DNA of 34,070 nt, taken from the IMG/VR virus record IMGVR_UViG_3300021471_000162; one strand, given 5' to 3'. Within the stretch, counting starts at the first letter, position 1; each line of letters begins with the position of its first letter. The notes under the pieces are model-generated. The model worked only from the letters and a program-made list of their open reading frames with translations, ran no database searches and was not told the origin of the DNA. Below are positions 16,472 through 26,182 of this stretch, one piece after another. The translations under genes and the position numbers were made by a program. Source of the stretch: a virus.

Positions 16472-17913
16472 GATTCTCTTGCCAATACAATATCCTGCTT
16501 GTAGTCTTTAATCAATGCGCTTTTTGTAGTCCAGTTAAGTCCAGTTACATTATAATCACGATACCCTTCTTTTTCAGCCACGATGTCGCATCTACTGAAG
16601 CCAGAGCAGTTTGTAACGGGGATACAGCCCCAATATGTGTCATAACCAAAGAATGCGAGCGGATCAAACGGAGCATATTCATACATGCTCACAAAAACAT
16701 GATGCAACGGCATATTCGACTGATCAATTGGATGGATTTTAAGATTGTACATAATTGGAATCGTCCAGTTTGTCCATGTAACGTTCTCATCCGTGCCGAA
16801 CGCAGGATCAACAGTTTCAAGCGTGAATATACCATCAAATGTCCGACACATTACGATCACATCATCGTTAGAATCGTTGTTCGCAGCGAGTAATATGTAA
16901 GGGTCTGGGGTGTTTGTCCATTTCTGCGTGTAATTACCGGTGTTTTTGTTGTAAACTGCTATTTGAGCATTCTCTATGAAATTACCGTGACTGTCTCGCA
17001 TAAACACGATGTTATTATCGTATCCAAGATACCAGGGGATTATCTCTGGCGGTTGCCACAGGCTAGGTGGGTATGCCCACACGCACCTGTCCCAATCATA
17101 TTCGATGTCACTGCCGCTACAAGTAAACTCGTGTTCATGCCCGTCCGAGAAATTGACTTTATAATCGTATCCGGGGTCGATCTGCAATGCATAAGTATTG
17201 AGGCCATGATTTGGTTGAGATTCCATATCTACGTACGTCCATGACCCAGCATCGTTTCTCCAGAGCTTTACCCAGTTAATGTTACATGTATAGCCATATA
17301 TATAGGTACATCCATAATCATATTCAATATCACTACCAGTGCATATAAACTCATATTCATAGCCATCATCAAATACTAATTTATATTCTGAATTATTCCA
17401 TATAGAAAAAGAATATGATGAGTCTTCTTCAGTTTCAATAAGGCTATATGAACCATTTACTAGTTTAATATATAATTTAACTTCCATCCCACAAGTATCT
17501 CCAAAAATATGATATGTTTCAAACTGGTATGGAGATATTGTAATAAAAAATATCCAAGCGTATGGTTCATACCCCCATGTATACCATGATCGCATTTCTC
17601 TGCCACAGCCAGTCCCAATAAGTGATGTAAAATGTGAGTGAGTTTTTCCTTCATTAATTCTTGGAGATGTATATATTACATCACTACCTAAAGTTAGTTC
17701 TATATATTTAATGCTTCCACCAGTACAATGAGCAGTCATAATAGCATACATGGGTTCACCAGCATCAGCATAAATATACCAATTAACATGTCCACTACCA
17801 GCACATGCATAAGAACCATATCCATTCGATGCATATACATTATCACAAGATGCTGCATACGACAATTGAATTGAACATATTAAAAAAATTATTAATAATA
17901 TTTTTTTCATCAT
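16468..17913 (-). CDS. Secreted virion/adhesin-like protein with internal repeat
   Basis: Signal peptide MMKKILLIIFLIC; repeat YKLVFDDGYEYEFICTGSDIEYD / YKVNFSDGHEHEFTCSGSDIEYD. Confidence 0.7.
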   Translation of the reverse strand: MMKKILLIIFLICSIQLSYAASCDNVYASNGYGSYACAGSGHVNWYIYADAGEPMYAIMTAHCTGGSIKYIELTLGSDVIYTSPRINEGKTHSHFTSLIGTGCGREMRSWYTWGYEPYAWIFFITISPYQFETYHIFGDTCGMEVKLYIKLVNGSYSLIETEEDSSYSFSIWNNSEYKLVFDDGYEYEFICTGSDIEYDYGCTYIYGYTCNINWVKLWRNDAGSWTYVDMESQPNHGLNTYALQIDPGYDYKVNFSDGHEHEFTCSGSDIEYDWDRCVWAYPPSLWQPPEIIPWYLGYDNNIVFMRDSHGNFIENAQIAVYNKNTGNYTQKWTNTPDPYILLAANNDSNDDVIVMCRTFDGIFTLETVDPAFGTDENVTWTNWTIPIMYNLKIHPIDQSNMPLHHVFVSMYEYAPFDPLAFFGYDTYWGCIPVTNCSGFSRCDIVAEKEGYRDYNVTGLNWTTKSALIKDYKQDIVLARES

Positions 17914-18245
17914 ATTTCCATCACCGCCAGATTGTTCACCAGTACCGCCCAGTACAGTCCACACAGCGCACCCACGCTAACCCATGATGTGTACGTGTCT
18001 CGCAGCCGCCACATCATCCACAGTGCCCCCGCAGACACAACGATCTTCAGTAACACGAAGCCCCACCATCCCATCAAATAATAGAGGGGATTCCATTCTG
18101 TTACGTCAAACCATGTGATGCCAACATAACTCACCACCACATCAGCTGCAACCAATGTTGCAAGCGTCCAGATGAGAAGATGCAGCACAGACGCTCTATG
18201 GAATCCCATATACCGCCTGTGTGCCATGATCTCAAACTGATACAT
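17910..18245 (-). CDS. Small membrane protein (DUF5658-like)
   Basis: ADVVVSYVGI...TEWNP motif, 3 TMs; start uncertain. Confidence 0.6.
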   Translation of the reverse strand: MYQFEIMAHRRYMGFHRASVLHLLIWTLATLVAADVVVSYVGITWFDVTEWNPLYYLMGWWGFVLLKIVVSAGALWMMWRLRDTYTSWVSVGALCGLYWAVLVNNLAVMEI

Positions 18246-18495
18246 ACTGTAACACCCCCTGTTTTGCTGCACGCCTTCGCTTTTTCGCTTCCGCGACGAT
18301 CTGTCTGGTACGTGCCTGTGCATCGCCATATAGGTTGGTCTGCTGTCGGATGTCGTACTCGATCTTACCGCAGACGCCTTTCGTCTGGATGGTGCTCGCA
18401 CGCATCATCGCTTTCTTGCATTCTTTTTCATTGCCATATAGAGGACATCGGAAGCAGATGATATCTGGAATGCGATATGCAGCCATCCCACTCAC
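18232..18495 (-). CDS. Small hypothetical protein
   Basis: CFRC...C...C; ATGA overlap. Confidence 0.55.
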   Translation of the reverse strand: MSGMAAYRIPDIICFRCPLYGNEKECKKAMMRASTIQTKGVCGKIEYDIRQQTNLYGDAQARTRQIVAEAKKRRRAAKQGVLQYVSV

Positions 18496-18731
18496 CTCTT
18501 GTGGTGCGTCTTCTTCAGTGTGATCGCAAGCACGGCTCTCTTCTTGAGAAGACGTGTAACCTTGAAAGTGCGTTTTCCGGATTTCGTTGGGTTAGAAATA
18601 GTATCTCCGATCTTCGCAGTCCGGATCGCGTTCAACAGTTTCATAGGAATGTCCTCGCTGATGGGAATGCCCAGCTGCCGCGATAGTGCGCCATGCTTCA
18701 ATCCGACTTTTTGCATCCATCTTTTTGCCAT
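18492..18731 (-). CDS. SSV1 VP2-like basic DNA-binding virion protein
   Basis: KRWMQKVGLKHGALSRQLG...RAVLAITLKK resembles the VP2 pattern KWVQKAIKRPG...ALLLAKRLK (recalled from memory). Confidence 0.65.
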   Translation of the reverse strand: MAKRWMQKVGLKHGALSRQLGIPISEDIPMKLLNAIRTAKIGDTISNPTKSGKRTFKVTRLLKKRAVLAITLKKTHHKR

Positions 18732-18776
18732 TTATGTCACCCCTTGATATGTGTCTGTTTGTGATGTTATTTAAGA

Positions 18777-20942
18777 TTATCTATTCTTTTTTTTGTTTGC
18801 TACCGGTGGTTTCTGCGCTACCCGACCGAACATCATTTGCTGTAGGTTTGCGATCGGATTCCGGATTTGCCAGTACTCTGGCTTATGTTTGCGGCGTTTG
18901 CGGAGTAGACGCTTACTTTCTTTAGCCGTTGGTGGAGGGTGTTTGTATCCAGGCTCTACCGGTGCCGGAATCCGGTAACTCCGCGTTGTGATCGGCGGAG
19001 TAGTAGAAACGGAAGGGAGTGGGTAAGTATATGTTGCGGGTGTCGGTACTTGGTAGCTCCGTGCTGGAACTGATGGGGTTTTGTACTTGCGCTCTATTGG
19101 AGATACCGTATGGTCTCGCGATGTGATCGGCGGAGATGGATATCTACGTTCCGCTGGTGATAGTGGATGGTGTCTTTGTGTAGGTATTCCCGATTGCCCG
19201 TAATCAGCCTCATATAGCATACGATTACGCTCTCTTTCAAGTGTAGGAGAGGCAAGATAAGGTTTGGTAAGGTGTGTGGCATGATTAGCCCCGCGATAGG
19301 GGATCGCATAAGAGGATGGTCGTATGATCGGTCGCTGTGCATCCCGATAATAGTACTCTTCCATTGCCTTTTCGTGTTTTCGTGTAACCTCTGCTACATT
19401 GAGCCCCCGCTTGGGAAATCGCTCTCCGCGCAGAGCCTCGTATTCATAGATAGGTATCTTTTTACCTTGAACTTTAGTATAATATCTGAAATGTCTGCGT
19501 GCCAATGGAGTACCTGGTGCAACAATCGACTCGATTTCAGTTTTTCCAGCTTCCATTGCAGGGCTGATATGTGCTTTCGGGATGCCTTTTTGTTCATAGA
19601 TGTACCGTACTCGTGCGGCTCCACCGGCTTCGCGGACTTGTTGCGGCATCCGCTCGAATGCTTCAACCCCCACACGGAGTAATCCAGGATGTGACCGTGT
19701 GAGGGGGGGAATGTCAAAGAACGTTAGTTGCGAGCTTGTTTTGGGTAGTCTTAAAAAATGCAATGATGCAGATGGCGCAAGATGTAATCCAGGTGCTGTT
19801 TTCGGGCGTGCGCCCACCGCTGCTTCTGCTGTTTTTGAGAATTTGGCGGATGTGGCGTGCCACCCCGCCGCTCCGGGTGTTTCATGTGGTAGTTTATAAG
19901 GAGATTCCCTAAACATCTTCAACGCAACTTCAGGTCTCTCCGCGGCGGGTATACTCGAAGATAGTGTAGGGAACTCTTTTTTTCCAGCAACCAATTCTCT
20001 CTCCGCAATCGATTCCACTGGCACATATTCTTTCCCCCTGAACCGTATGGTTTCATGAATCTTCCCGATTGTTTCAGGTGCTCCTTTTGCTATTGCCCCC
20101 ATGGCTACAAATTCACCTGCCGTTCTGATGGGGTGTTCTGTGATGCCTTTCCACATTCCACGCCCCATCTCGTACGTTCCGTATGCTGCTGCTGCCGGAA
20201 GCACACGCGGATGTTTGGCGAGGGTCTCCACACCCCCGGGTACCATGCCAGCCATCTCGACCATCGTAGCTGGTGCGCCGAACGCCACCCCTGCTGCGAA
20301 CTCTTTCACCGGAGTGGGTATCCGGACGCCCGCGCTCTCTTCCACATGAGAAACACGCTCCATAACAGGGCGCTCAAAACCTCGAATAACACGCGCCACC
20401 CGCGATGTTGCTGTATGCATACGCATCGACAGATCAGACATCCGCCGAGTTTGTGCCTGATGGGTTGCAAGGAATTGCTTCGCGCCCTCCGCAACACGTT
20501 CCCGGCGTACGGTGGCTGGCAGCGCAACATATTCTCTAACTTCATGTATCCGAGATGTAACCGGTCTTGCTGCCCGCGTGATTTCTCTACGTACGGATTC
20601 TCTCCGCCTCGCTGCGCGTTCCCACGAGGGATGTATCGGTGCCCTGTGTATAACTGACCTCGCTGTGCGAGTGACACGTCTTATAGATGGAGTTACCGCC
20701 CGCCTAACTGCTGCACGTCTCTGCGCCGCACGCGATTGCGATGGATGGATCGGTGCCCTATGTATGGCGGCTCTTGCTGCACTTGTAACGCGCCGGAACA
20801 CATCACCAAAGAAGCCGTCCCGTGTGGGGTCGAAAGGATCACAGTCGAACGCGTCAGGTATCCCGTCATGATCAGTATCACGTAATTGCATCAGTCTTTC
20901 GACCCGTATCTTGTCGAATCTTTCTTTTGCTTTTTGAGTCAT
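18777..20942 (-). CDS. Large basic multidomain protein; possible ADP-ribosyltransferase-like domain
   Basis: DTDHDGIPDAFDCDP Ca-binding-like motif, Arg-rich repeats (IHRAPIHPS x2), hydrophobic Ala/Gly centre, GWHAT...GLHLAP...EIE, Pro-rich tail. Confidence 0.6.
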   Translation of the reverse strand: MTQKAKERFDKIRVERLMQLRDTDHDGIPDAFDCDPFDPTRDGFFGDVFRRVTSAARAAIHRAPIHPSQSRAAQRRAAVRRAVTPSIRRVTRTARSVIHRAPIHPSWERAARRRESVRREITRAARPVTSRIHEVREYVALPATVRRERVAEGAKQFLATHQAQTRRMSDLSMRMHTATSRVARVIRGFERPVMERVSHVEESAGVRIPTPVKEFAAGVAFGAPATMVEMAGMVPGGVETLAKHPRVLPAAAAYGTYEMGRGMWKGITEHPIRTAGEFVAMGAIAKGAPETIGKIHETIRFRGKEYVPVESIAERELVAGKKEFPTLSSSIPAAERPEVALKMFRESPYKLPHETPGAAGWHATSAKFSKTAEAAVGARPKTAPGLHLAPSASLHFLRLPKTSSQLTFFDIPPLTRSHPGLLRVGVEAFERMPQQVREAGGAARVRYIYEQKGIPKAHISPAMEAGKTEIESIVAPGTPLARRHFRYYTKVQGKKIPIYEYEALRGERFPKRGLNVAEVTRKHEKAMEEYYYRDAQRPIIRPSSYAIPYRGANHATHLTKPYLASPTLERERNRMLYEADYGQSGIPTQRHHPLSPAERRYPSPPITSRDHTVSPIERKYKTPSVPARSYQVPTPATYTYPLPSVSTTPPITTRSYRIPAPVEPGYKHPPPTAKESKRLLRKRRKHKPEYWQIRNPIANLQQMMFGRVAQKPPVANKKKNR

Positions 20943-20954
20943 TATGATGCTTCC

Positions 20955-21236
20955 TTAATCGCTGTATGCTTGCCTGCGGATTGCTCTTACGATTGCAAAC
21001 ACGAAGGGAACTGCAACGAACAGAAACGTGATATAGTGCCAGATGTTCGTACAGTCATTTGTTTTCGTGACGAGCTGATCAGTGAACATGTCAGGATCAT
21101 GCACATGCAGATCGGTAACGAGAGCATGGAACTCATCCACAACCGGAGCCATGGATATCCATGCGATGCCGAGAATGATTATCGTGACGACAGCCAGAGA
21201 GACGCCATACGCAATTCCAGAGTTATCATCGATCAT
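20955..21236 (-). CDS. Small two-TM capsid-like protein
   Basis: Two hydrophobic helices; ends RAIRRQAYSD; paralogous to neighbour. Confidence 0.7.
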   Translation of the reverse strand: MIDDNSGIAYGVSLAVVTIIILGIAWISMAPVVDEFHALVTDLHVHDPDMFTDQLVTKTNDCTNIWHYITFLFVAVPFVFAIVRAIRRQAYSD

Positions 21237-21543
21237 ATTCCGAGTACCCCTGTTTTTTGATTGCACGCATGATGAAGTATATTGCTGCGATTGCTATGCT
21301 TATAATCGGTAAAAGAGCGAACAGTGTTATGCTTGTGTCGGTACGGTCTCCCAGCGTTGCGAAACGGGCAGTAGCTGCGGGATCGATCGCTTTAAGTTGA
21401 TCCGGAATCACCGCCAAGAGCGGTAAAAAAACGAGATAGATGACCATCGCTAACAATACAGTGATGATGAGATACATTCCGCCTTCGATGATGGCGCGGT
21501 CATCATGGATTATACCAAGCATTAGAGATGTTTTGGAGGACAT
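21226..21543 (-). CDS. Small two-TM capsid-like protein
   Basis: DDRA-II pilin-like N-terminus, two hydrophobic helices; ends RAIKKQGYSEYD; start may be 21522. Confidence 0.7.
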   Translation of the reverse strand: MSSKTSLMLGIIHDDRAIIEGGMYLIITVLLAMVIYLVFLPLLAVIPDQLKAIDPAATARFATLGDRTDTSITLFALLPIISIAIAAIYFIMRAIKKQGYSEYDR

Positions 21544-21584
21544 CGTATAAAAATCTATTCACAAAAAAGTAAATACGCTGTCCA

Positions 21585-22604
21585 TCATAGCGGCTCTCGC
21601 AACACAAACTTAATCCCGCGTTCGAGTAGCCATATTTTAGCTCCGCCGCGCGGTTGCTTCCAGTACCTTGCAAACTCCGCCCCGTACCATTTCTGGATGA
21701 CTCGCATAACACCGGTGCGGTGATCGATGAGAAACACTTCTGCAATCTTCGCGCGGACTTCTTCATGCGGAATTGCCGTGTCTTTACTGACAGCTCCCTG
21801 GTCATACATCCACTTCAACACTTCGCGGTATTTCGCAATGTCGGCAGAACGGGTGTGAAGCGCAGCAACGTACTCCTTTTCTGCTATCTTGATGCCTTTA
21901 GTAGTTGTTTGTTTGGCTTCTTCATCCTTATGCATTTTTTTCACCCGCTGGAGGAACTCCGTGCGCATGGCGATGTAGTCCCTCCACAGTGCTGCGGGGG
22001 GATGGCTTATATCGATCGCAACGATGCGCCCCCCTGTCGCATACCGCCAGTACTGCCAGCGGGTAGTGCCATCGAACACATCTGTACGTTTTTTTCGCAG
22101 TATGATCCGAGATGCCAGACCGTGCCCGCGAGTATCTTCATCCGATAATTTATTTCCGGGATCCGCCAGCAGTCCGAAACCAGCCCGCAGTCGTTTCTCG
22201 CCGCGCTCGAGCTCGAGTGATGTGGCGATGGTAATGATGCCGTCCGTGCGGTTTAGTTGCATGATGTCGGCGAGATCATGCGCTTCTTTCTTCTGCCACC
22301 TTCGAGAAGAGCCGCCTTCTTGTGTTCCCAGATCGTCAAAAACAAGCACAGTGCCAGGCGGTAAACGAGAGGTGAGCAGCCCGATGAACTTGTCGACCGT
22401 GAAGCACACATGGTCGAGCGTGAAATGTGGGTCAAGCAGTCGCGCAAGGCTTATCGCAACAGTGGATTTGCCTGCCCCGCGTTTTTGTGCTATGAAGATG
22501 TCCCATGATTCATTCCGCAGTACAACATCGTTCCGTATCTGCGCAAACAGATTAAGGGTTTTCTTGATGCCGAAATCGGATGCAAAAGTAGGGTTGTAAG
22601 ACAT
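21585..22604 (-). CDS. P-loop ATPase (morphogenesis/packaging-type)
   Basis: Walker A KRGAGKS, Walker B LVFDD; located in the morphogenesis block. Confidence 0.8.
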   Translation of the reverse strand: MSYNPTFASDFGIKKTLNLFAQIRNDVVLRNESWDIFIAQKRGAGKSTVAISLARLLDPHFTLDHVCFTVDKFIGLLTSRLPPGTVLVFDDLGTQEGGSSRRWQKKEAHDLADIMQLNRTDGIITIATSLELERGEKRLRAGFGLLADPGNKLSDEDTRGHGLASRIILRKKRTDVFDGTTRWQYWRYATGGRIVAIDISHPPAALWRDYIAMRTEFLQRVKKMHKDEEAKQTTTKGIKIAEKEYVAALHTRSADIAKYREVLKWMYDQGAVSKDTAIPHEEVRAKIAEVFLIDHRTGVMRVIQKWYGAEFARYWKQPRGGAKIWLLERGIKFVLREPL

Positions 22605-22622
22605 TATTTAACACCTCCGGTG

Positions 22623-23048
22623 TTATTCATCATCCGATTCGTCATCCATCGCTGTATCCTGGCGTAGTTCTTCAATAGAGTGTGGAGCATCATCTGAATA
22701 TACTTTGACCACGACATCCGGACGCGGCATGACACCTGCCCGTGTTAGTAGCCTGATCAGTTCCGAGTGATGGAGCTGATACATCTTGACAATATCATCT
22801 TTATATTCTTTCTGAATCTTGATGTACTGCTCCCGAAACTCCCGATCTTCTAAAATAAGGAAGGGGGGAAGCATGTTGTAGAAATATTCGATTGCATGAG
22901 TGGTTGATGCTGTACGGAACAGTGCAGAAATGTTGGCGTAGAACTGGTGGTACAGTTGGGCGAGATTCACAGTGTTTGCGAACTTCACAGCATCCTGACT
23001 GATGTCCAGCCCTGCATCGAGATCGTTTTGGGATTCGTCCGGATTCAT
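22623..23048 (-). CDS. Hypothetical acidic protein
   Basis: 141 aa, in operon. Confidence 0.7.
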   Translation of the reverse strand: MNPDESQNDLDAGLDISQDAVKFANTVNLAQLYHQFYANISALFRTASTTHAIEYFYNMLPPFLILEDREFREQYIKIQKEYKDDIVKMYQLHHSELIRLLTRAGVMPRPDVVVKVYSDDAPHSIEELRQDTAMDDESDDE

Positions 23049-23052
23049 GATG

Positions 23053-23562
23053 CTAACCAGAGTTTCCTTCCATCAACGCCTCTGTGTTTCTGACCGAGAA
23101 ATCGCATACTTCATCCTCATAGAACTGCTCTCTGTCAAATGATGCGTATTCTTTTTCGTGGAATTCCATCGGGAATACAATTGGTTGACGGAGATTCGTG
23201 TCTTTGATGCCGAGTGCATACAGTTCGGCATCGATCAAGCGCTTATAGTGTGTGATGTCAGCCATAAACTTGTCGATACCCTGTGCCAATGGCTTCGGGT
23301 TGTCGAGCCACTTTTCTGCGTGTTCAACAAGATTATGGGAAAGAAGTTCTCGCGCCAATCCGAACAACCGATCAAAGTGCTCATAAGCAGCCATATACAC
23401 CAGCGCAGAAGATGGTTTTGTGTTGTGCTGGAATCTCTGCGATGCCCTTGCTTTACTGATTGCATCGTTGAGATTCATGAGCTGCCCTTTGATCTCACTG
23501 AGTAAATCAGAGCGAGTTAATTTGAAATCTGGCTGTGATTGTGCTTCGTCTGCCATGTTCAT
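23053..23562 (-). CDS. Hypothetical helical protein
   Basis: 169 aa, in operon. Confidence 0.7.
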   Translation of the reverse strand: MNMADEAQSQPDFKLTRSDLLSEIKGQLMNLNDAISKARASQRFQHNTKPSSALVYMAAYEHFDRLFGLARELLSHNLVEHAEKWLDNPKPLAQGIDKFMADITHYKRLIDAELYALGIKDTNLRQPIVFPMEFHEKEYASFDREQFYEDEVCDFSVRNTEALMEGNSG

Positions 23563-24380
23563 CCCGCTAGAATCTTATACGCAATTGCAAATCCGATGAT
23601 CAAGAATACGAACAGGAATACTGTCATCGTGTAGTCCTTCTTCTCGACCAATCCAGCCGCCTCTACGGCTCTTTCGTTTGCAATCCCGCAGTACTCATCA
23701 AGCCCTCGAGCGGTCTCCGCCTGCGCTGCAAAGATGAAGTCCTGCACAGTCTGGAATACAAACTGCCCGTCACGGATCACCATGTTTCGCAACTCATCCC
23801 GGATCCTGCGGATCGTGTTGTAACCATCCGACATCCGGAAGAGCGTGCCATCAACTTCAAATGTTTCATCATCCTCTGAACACGGATCGTCTTCCTGCAC
23901 TTCCACCGGTGGATATCGCTCAAGCAACTCCTGGTCATCTGCAACAAGAATCGAATCTATGATGGATTCAGTCGGCTCGATGCCATGTTTTTTGAGCACA
24001 TAATTAAAATCCCTGCAAGCCGCCGCTACTTTTGCCAGTACTGCTGTGCCTGCTTTGGAATAGTAGTGGATGTGTCGGCGAGTTCCCAGATGCTCTACGA
24101 GATGGGGATCTGGGAGCAGTTTCACACCCATGTTTTTGATCTCGTACATATTTCCATCATGGTCTTTTCCTTCTCGGTCCGGAGCGTACAACCGCGTCTG
24201 CCCAAGCGTTGTGTGTAACTGCACGACCGGTCGGTTCAATATTGACGCTTTCAGCAGTGTCGGAGCCTCCGGTATCTTTGCCTTGATCGCCACGATGAGC
24301 CCAACCAGGAGGAAGATCAGTACGACCACTGCTATCACTAATCCCTGGAACCAGTATGCCGGAATTGTTACCATTGCCAT
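23559..24380 (-). CDS. Membrane protein with N- and C-terminal TMs
   Basis: 273 aa; hydrophobic termini. Confidence 0.75.
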   Translation of the reverse strand: MAMVTIPAYWFQGLVIAVVVLIFLLVGLIVAIKAKIPEAPTLLKASILNRPVVQLHTTLGQTRLYAPDREGKDHDGNMYEIKNMGVKLLPDPHLVEHLGTRRHIHYYSKAGTAVLAKVAAACRDFNYVLKKHGIEPTESIIDSILVADDQELLERYPPVEVQEDDPCSEDDETFEVDGTLFRMSDGYNTIRRIRDELRNMVIRDGQFVFQTVQDFIFAAQAETARGLDEYCGIANERAVEAAGLVEKKDYTMTVFLFVFLIIGFAIAYKILAG

Positions 24381-24384
24381 ATTA

Positions 24385-24990
24385 TCACCGTTTTCCTATC
24401 AATCGAGAAATGCCACTCGTTGGTGCGGAGGGCTTCTTGTGTTCGTATGTAGATGTAAGTTCTGCTCGCTGGGTCTGTTGTGTGACGCGCTCAAATCCGC
24501 CATACGAACGCGTTAGTTTTGCGCCTTTAAGGTGGTTCTCCATCGCGCTTAAGAAAGATATAAATGTGCTATTATAATCGATCCTGCGCAATCCCACCTT
24601 TGCGTTTGCCGCGTCCATCCGGTAGTCGTTCAGGATTGAGCGGAACTGCCGATCATCTTTGATGTTGGTTACAACATATTCTGCCGGATTGATGTATTTA
24701 TCCGCCAAGAATTTTAGTTTTGATGCGGCAGAACGGCTTATAAGAGTGTGCTTCCCGCCCAATGGGTCGATTATAGATGGTAACTTTGATGCGCGTTCGA
24801 TTGCTGTAACGAGTTCGGGATAGAAGCTGTCCGATACAGAATGTTGCAGAAAATTGAGCATGTCCGCATCGTAAGTGGGTGCTGCGATTTCGACCGGACC
24901 CTGGTGATGATCGGGATTGGGAATGTCGTGTATCGTAGGATACACAGGCTCTTCCTCGTATTCGTAGTCTTCAGATTGTTCTAGTTCCAT
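24385..24990 (-). CDS. Hypothetical protein
   Basis: GAGGAG RBS before MELEQ at 24990. Confidence 0.7.
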   Translation of the reverse strand: MELEQSEDYEYEEEPVYPTIHDIPNPDHHQGPVEIAAPTYDADMLNFLQHSVSDSFYPELVTAIERASKLPSIIDPLGGKHTLISRSAASKLKFLADKYINPAEYVVTNIKDDRQFRSILNDYRMDAANAKVGLRRIDYNSTFISFLSAMENHLKGAKLTRSYGGFERVTQQTQRAELTSTYEHKKPSAPTSGISRLIGKR

Positions 24991-25147
24991 GTAACTCCTC
25001 GCGTTCAAGTTTTTCGTCAATTGCGTCTTTGATGAATTGCAGATGATCGCTTGTGATCGCAAAGATTCGATGCAAGCGAGCATCACTCACATATACGGTA
25101 TTCATAATAATAAGATGAACATTGATGGCATATAAGTGTGTCGGATA

Positions 25148-25173
25148 AAAGAAGTAGCGGGGGTTACCCCGCT
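25148..25173 (-). terminator. Hairpin after MCP2
   Basis: AGCGGGG-TAAC-CCCCGCT followed by ACTTCTTT. Confidence 0.5.
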
Positions 25174-25202
25174 TTTATTGATTGGTTTCTATACGTCTTT
25201 TT

Positions 25203-25499
25203 TCACTCCCTCCTTGCAAACAAGTATAACACCGAAAGCAGCCCTCCGAGTACAGCCACTGCAATCATGACGATCGGCATGATGCCAGCCATGCTGTAGC
25301 TGGATTCGGTTGTATTCAGGAGATCGCTCTGCGTATCATAGAATGTATCATTCACATTGATACCGGATGCCTCCTGCACGTTGTCAACGATGTTGATGCC
25401 CACATAGAGCACAGTGAGCAGAACCACCAGGAAGATGCCTGCATTGACCATAGCCATGTCTCCACGCGTATTAGCGAAGAGTTTGTTTTTCTTGTTCAT
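25203..25499 (-). CDS. Spindle-virus-type major capsid protein 2
   Basis: 98 aa, two hydrophobic helices flanking a polar Asn/Thr loop, basic termini; near-duplicate of the adjacent gene. Confidence 0.8.
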   Translation of the reverse strand: MNKKNKLFANTRGDMAMVNAGIFLVVLLTVLYVGINIVDNVQEASGINVNDTFYDTQSDLLNTTESSYSMAGIMPIVMIAVAVLGGLLSVLYLFARRE

Positions 25500-25531
25500 A
25501 TTGCACCTCCAATATGTGTTTTGGTTCGTTT

Positions 25532-25557
25532 AAAAAACGGTGGCTGGAGTGCCACCG
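25532..25557 (-). terminator. Hairpin plus T-tract between MCP genes
   Basis: CGGTGGC-ACTCCA-GCCACCG-TTTTTT. Confidence 0.55.
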
Positions 25558-25561
25558 CCGT

Positions 25562-25858
25562 TCAGTCCCTTCTTGCGAAGAGATACAGTACCGAAAGCAG
25601 ACCGCCCAATACCGCAACCGCGATCATGACTATCGGCATGATGCCAGCCATGCTGTAGCTGGATTCGGTCGTGTTGATTAGGTTCTGCTGCGAATCATAC
25701 AACTCGTCGCCGGAGGTCAGACTCGATGCCTCCTGTACGTTGCTGATGATGTTGAGACCAACATACAAAACCACCAACAGAACCACCAGGAAGATGCCTG
25801 CGTTGACCATAGCCATGTCTCCACGCGTATCATGCAGGAACTTGTTTGATTTAGCCAT
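25562..25858 (-). CDS. Spindle-virus-type major capsid protein 1
   Basis: Same architecture; identical C-terminal TTESSYSMAGIMPIVMIAVAVLGGLLSVLYLFARR. Confidence 0.8.
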   Translation of the reverse strand: MAKSNKFLHDTRGDMAMVNAGIFLVVLLVVLYVGLNIISNVQEASSLTSGDELYDSQQNLINTTESSYSMAGIMPIVMIAVAVLGGLLSVLYLFARRD

Positions 25859-25863
25859 TCTTC

Positions 25864-26118
25864 TTATCGCCTCCCAGAAAAAGACAGCAATATCACGAGC
25901 CCCATAATCAAGAAAGCAAGGACAAGGATATAAGGCATAACACCCGCAACCGAGTATACCGCAGTCGTGGTGTTTTGCGCTGTCTGAAAATTGCCGTAAT
26001 TGGCATCGCTCGCGGTAATGTTTGCATCGTTGATGATGCTAGTTGTTGCGCCCATCCCAAAGAACATGAGCATTATCACCGCGATCATCGCGAATAATAT
26101 GCCAACAAGGTTTGCCAT
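25864..26118 (-). CDS. Minor capsid protein, MCP paralog
   Basis: Two TMs; SVAGVMPYIL resembles SMAGIMPIVM. Confidence 0.7.
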   Translation of the reverse strand: MANLVGILFAMIAVIMLMFFGMGATTSIINDANITASDANYGNFQTAQNTTTAVYSVAGVMPYILVLAFLIMGLVILLSFSGRR

Positions 26119-26182
26119 AGTATCTTGATATGTAGAGGGAGTATATAAATGTTTCTATTGCAGATGTGATGTATAAGGTTCG

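Noticed and set aside
18960-19200. DNA-level tandem repeat
   Set aside because: Only short degenerate Pro-rich coding repeats (PPIT..) within the 721-aa protein.
21585-22604. Terminase large subunit or tailed-phage assignment
   Set aside because: No terminase nuclease domain, portal or HK97 capsid recognised; context fits a spindle-virus ATPase.
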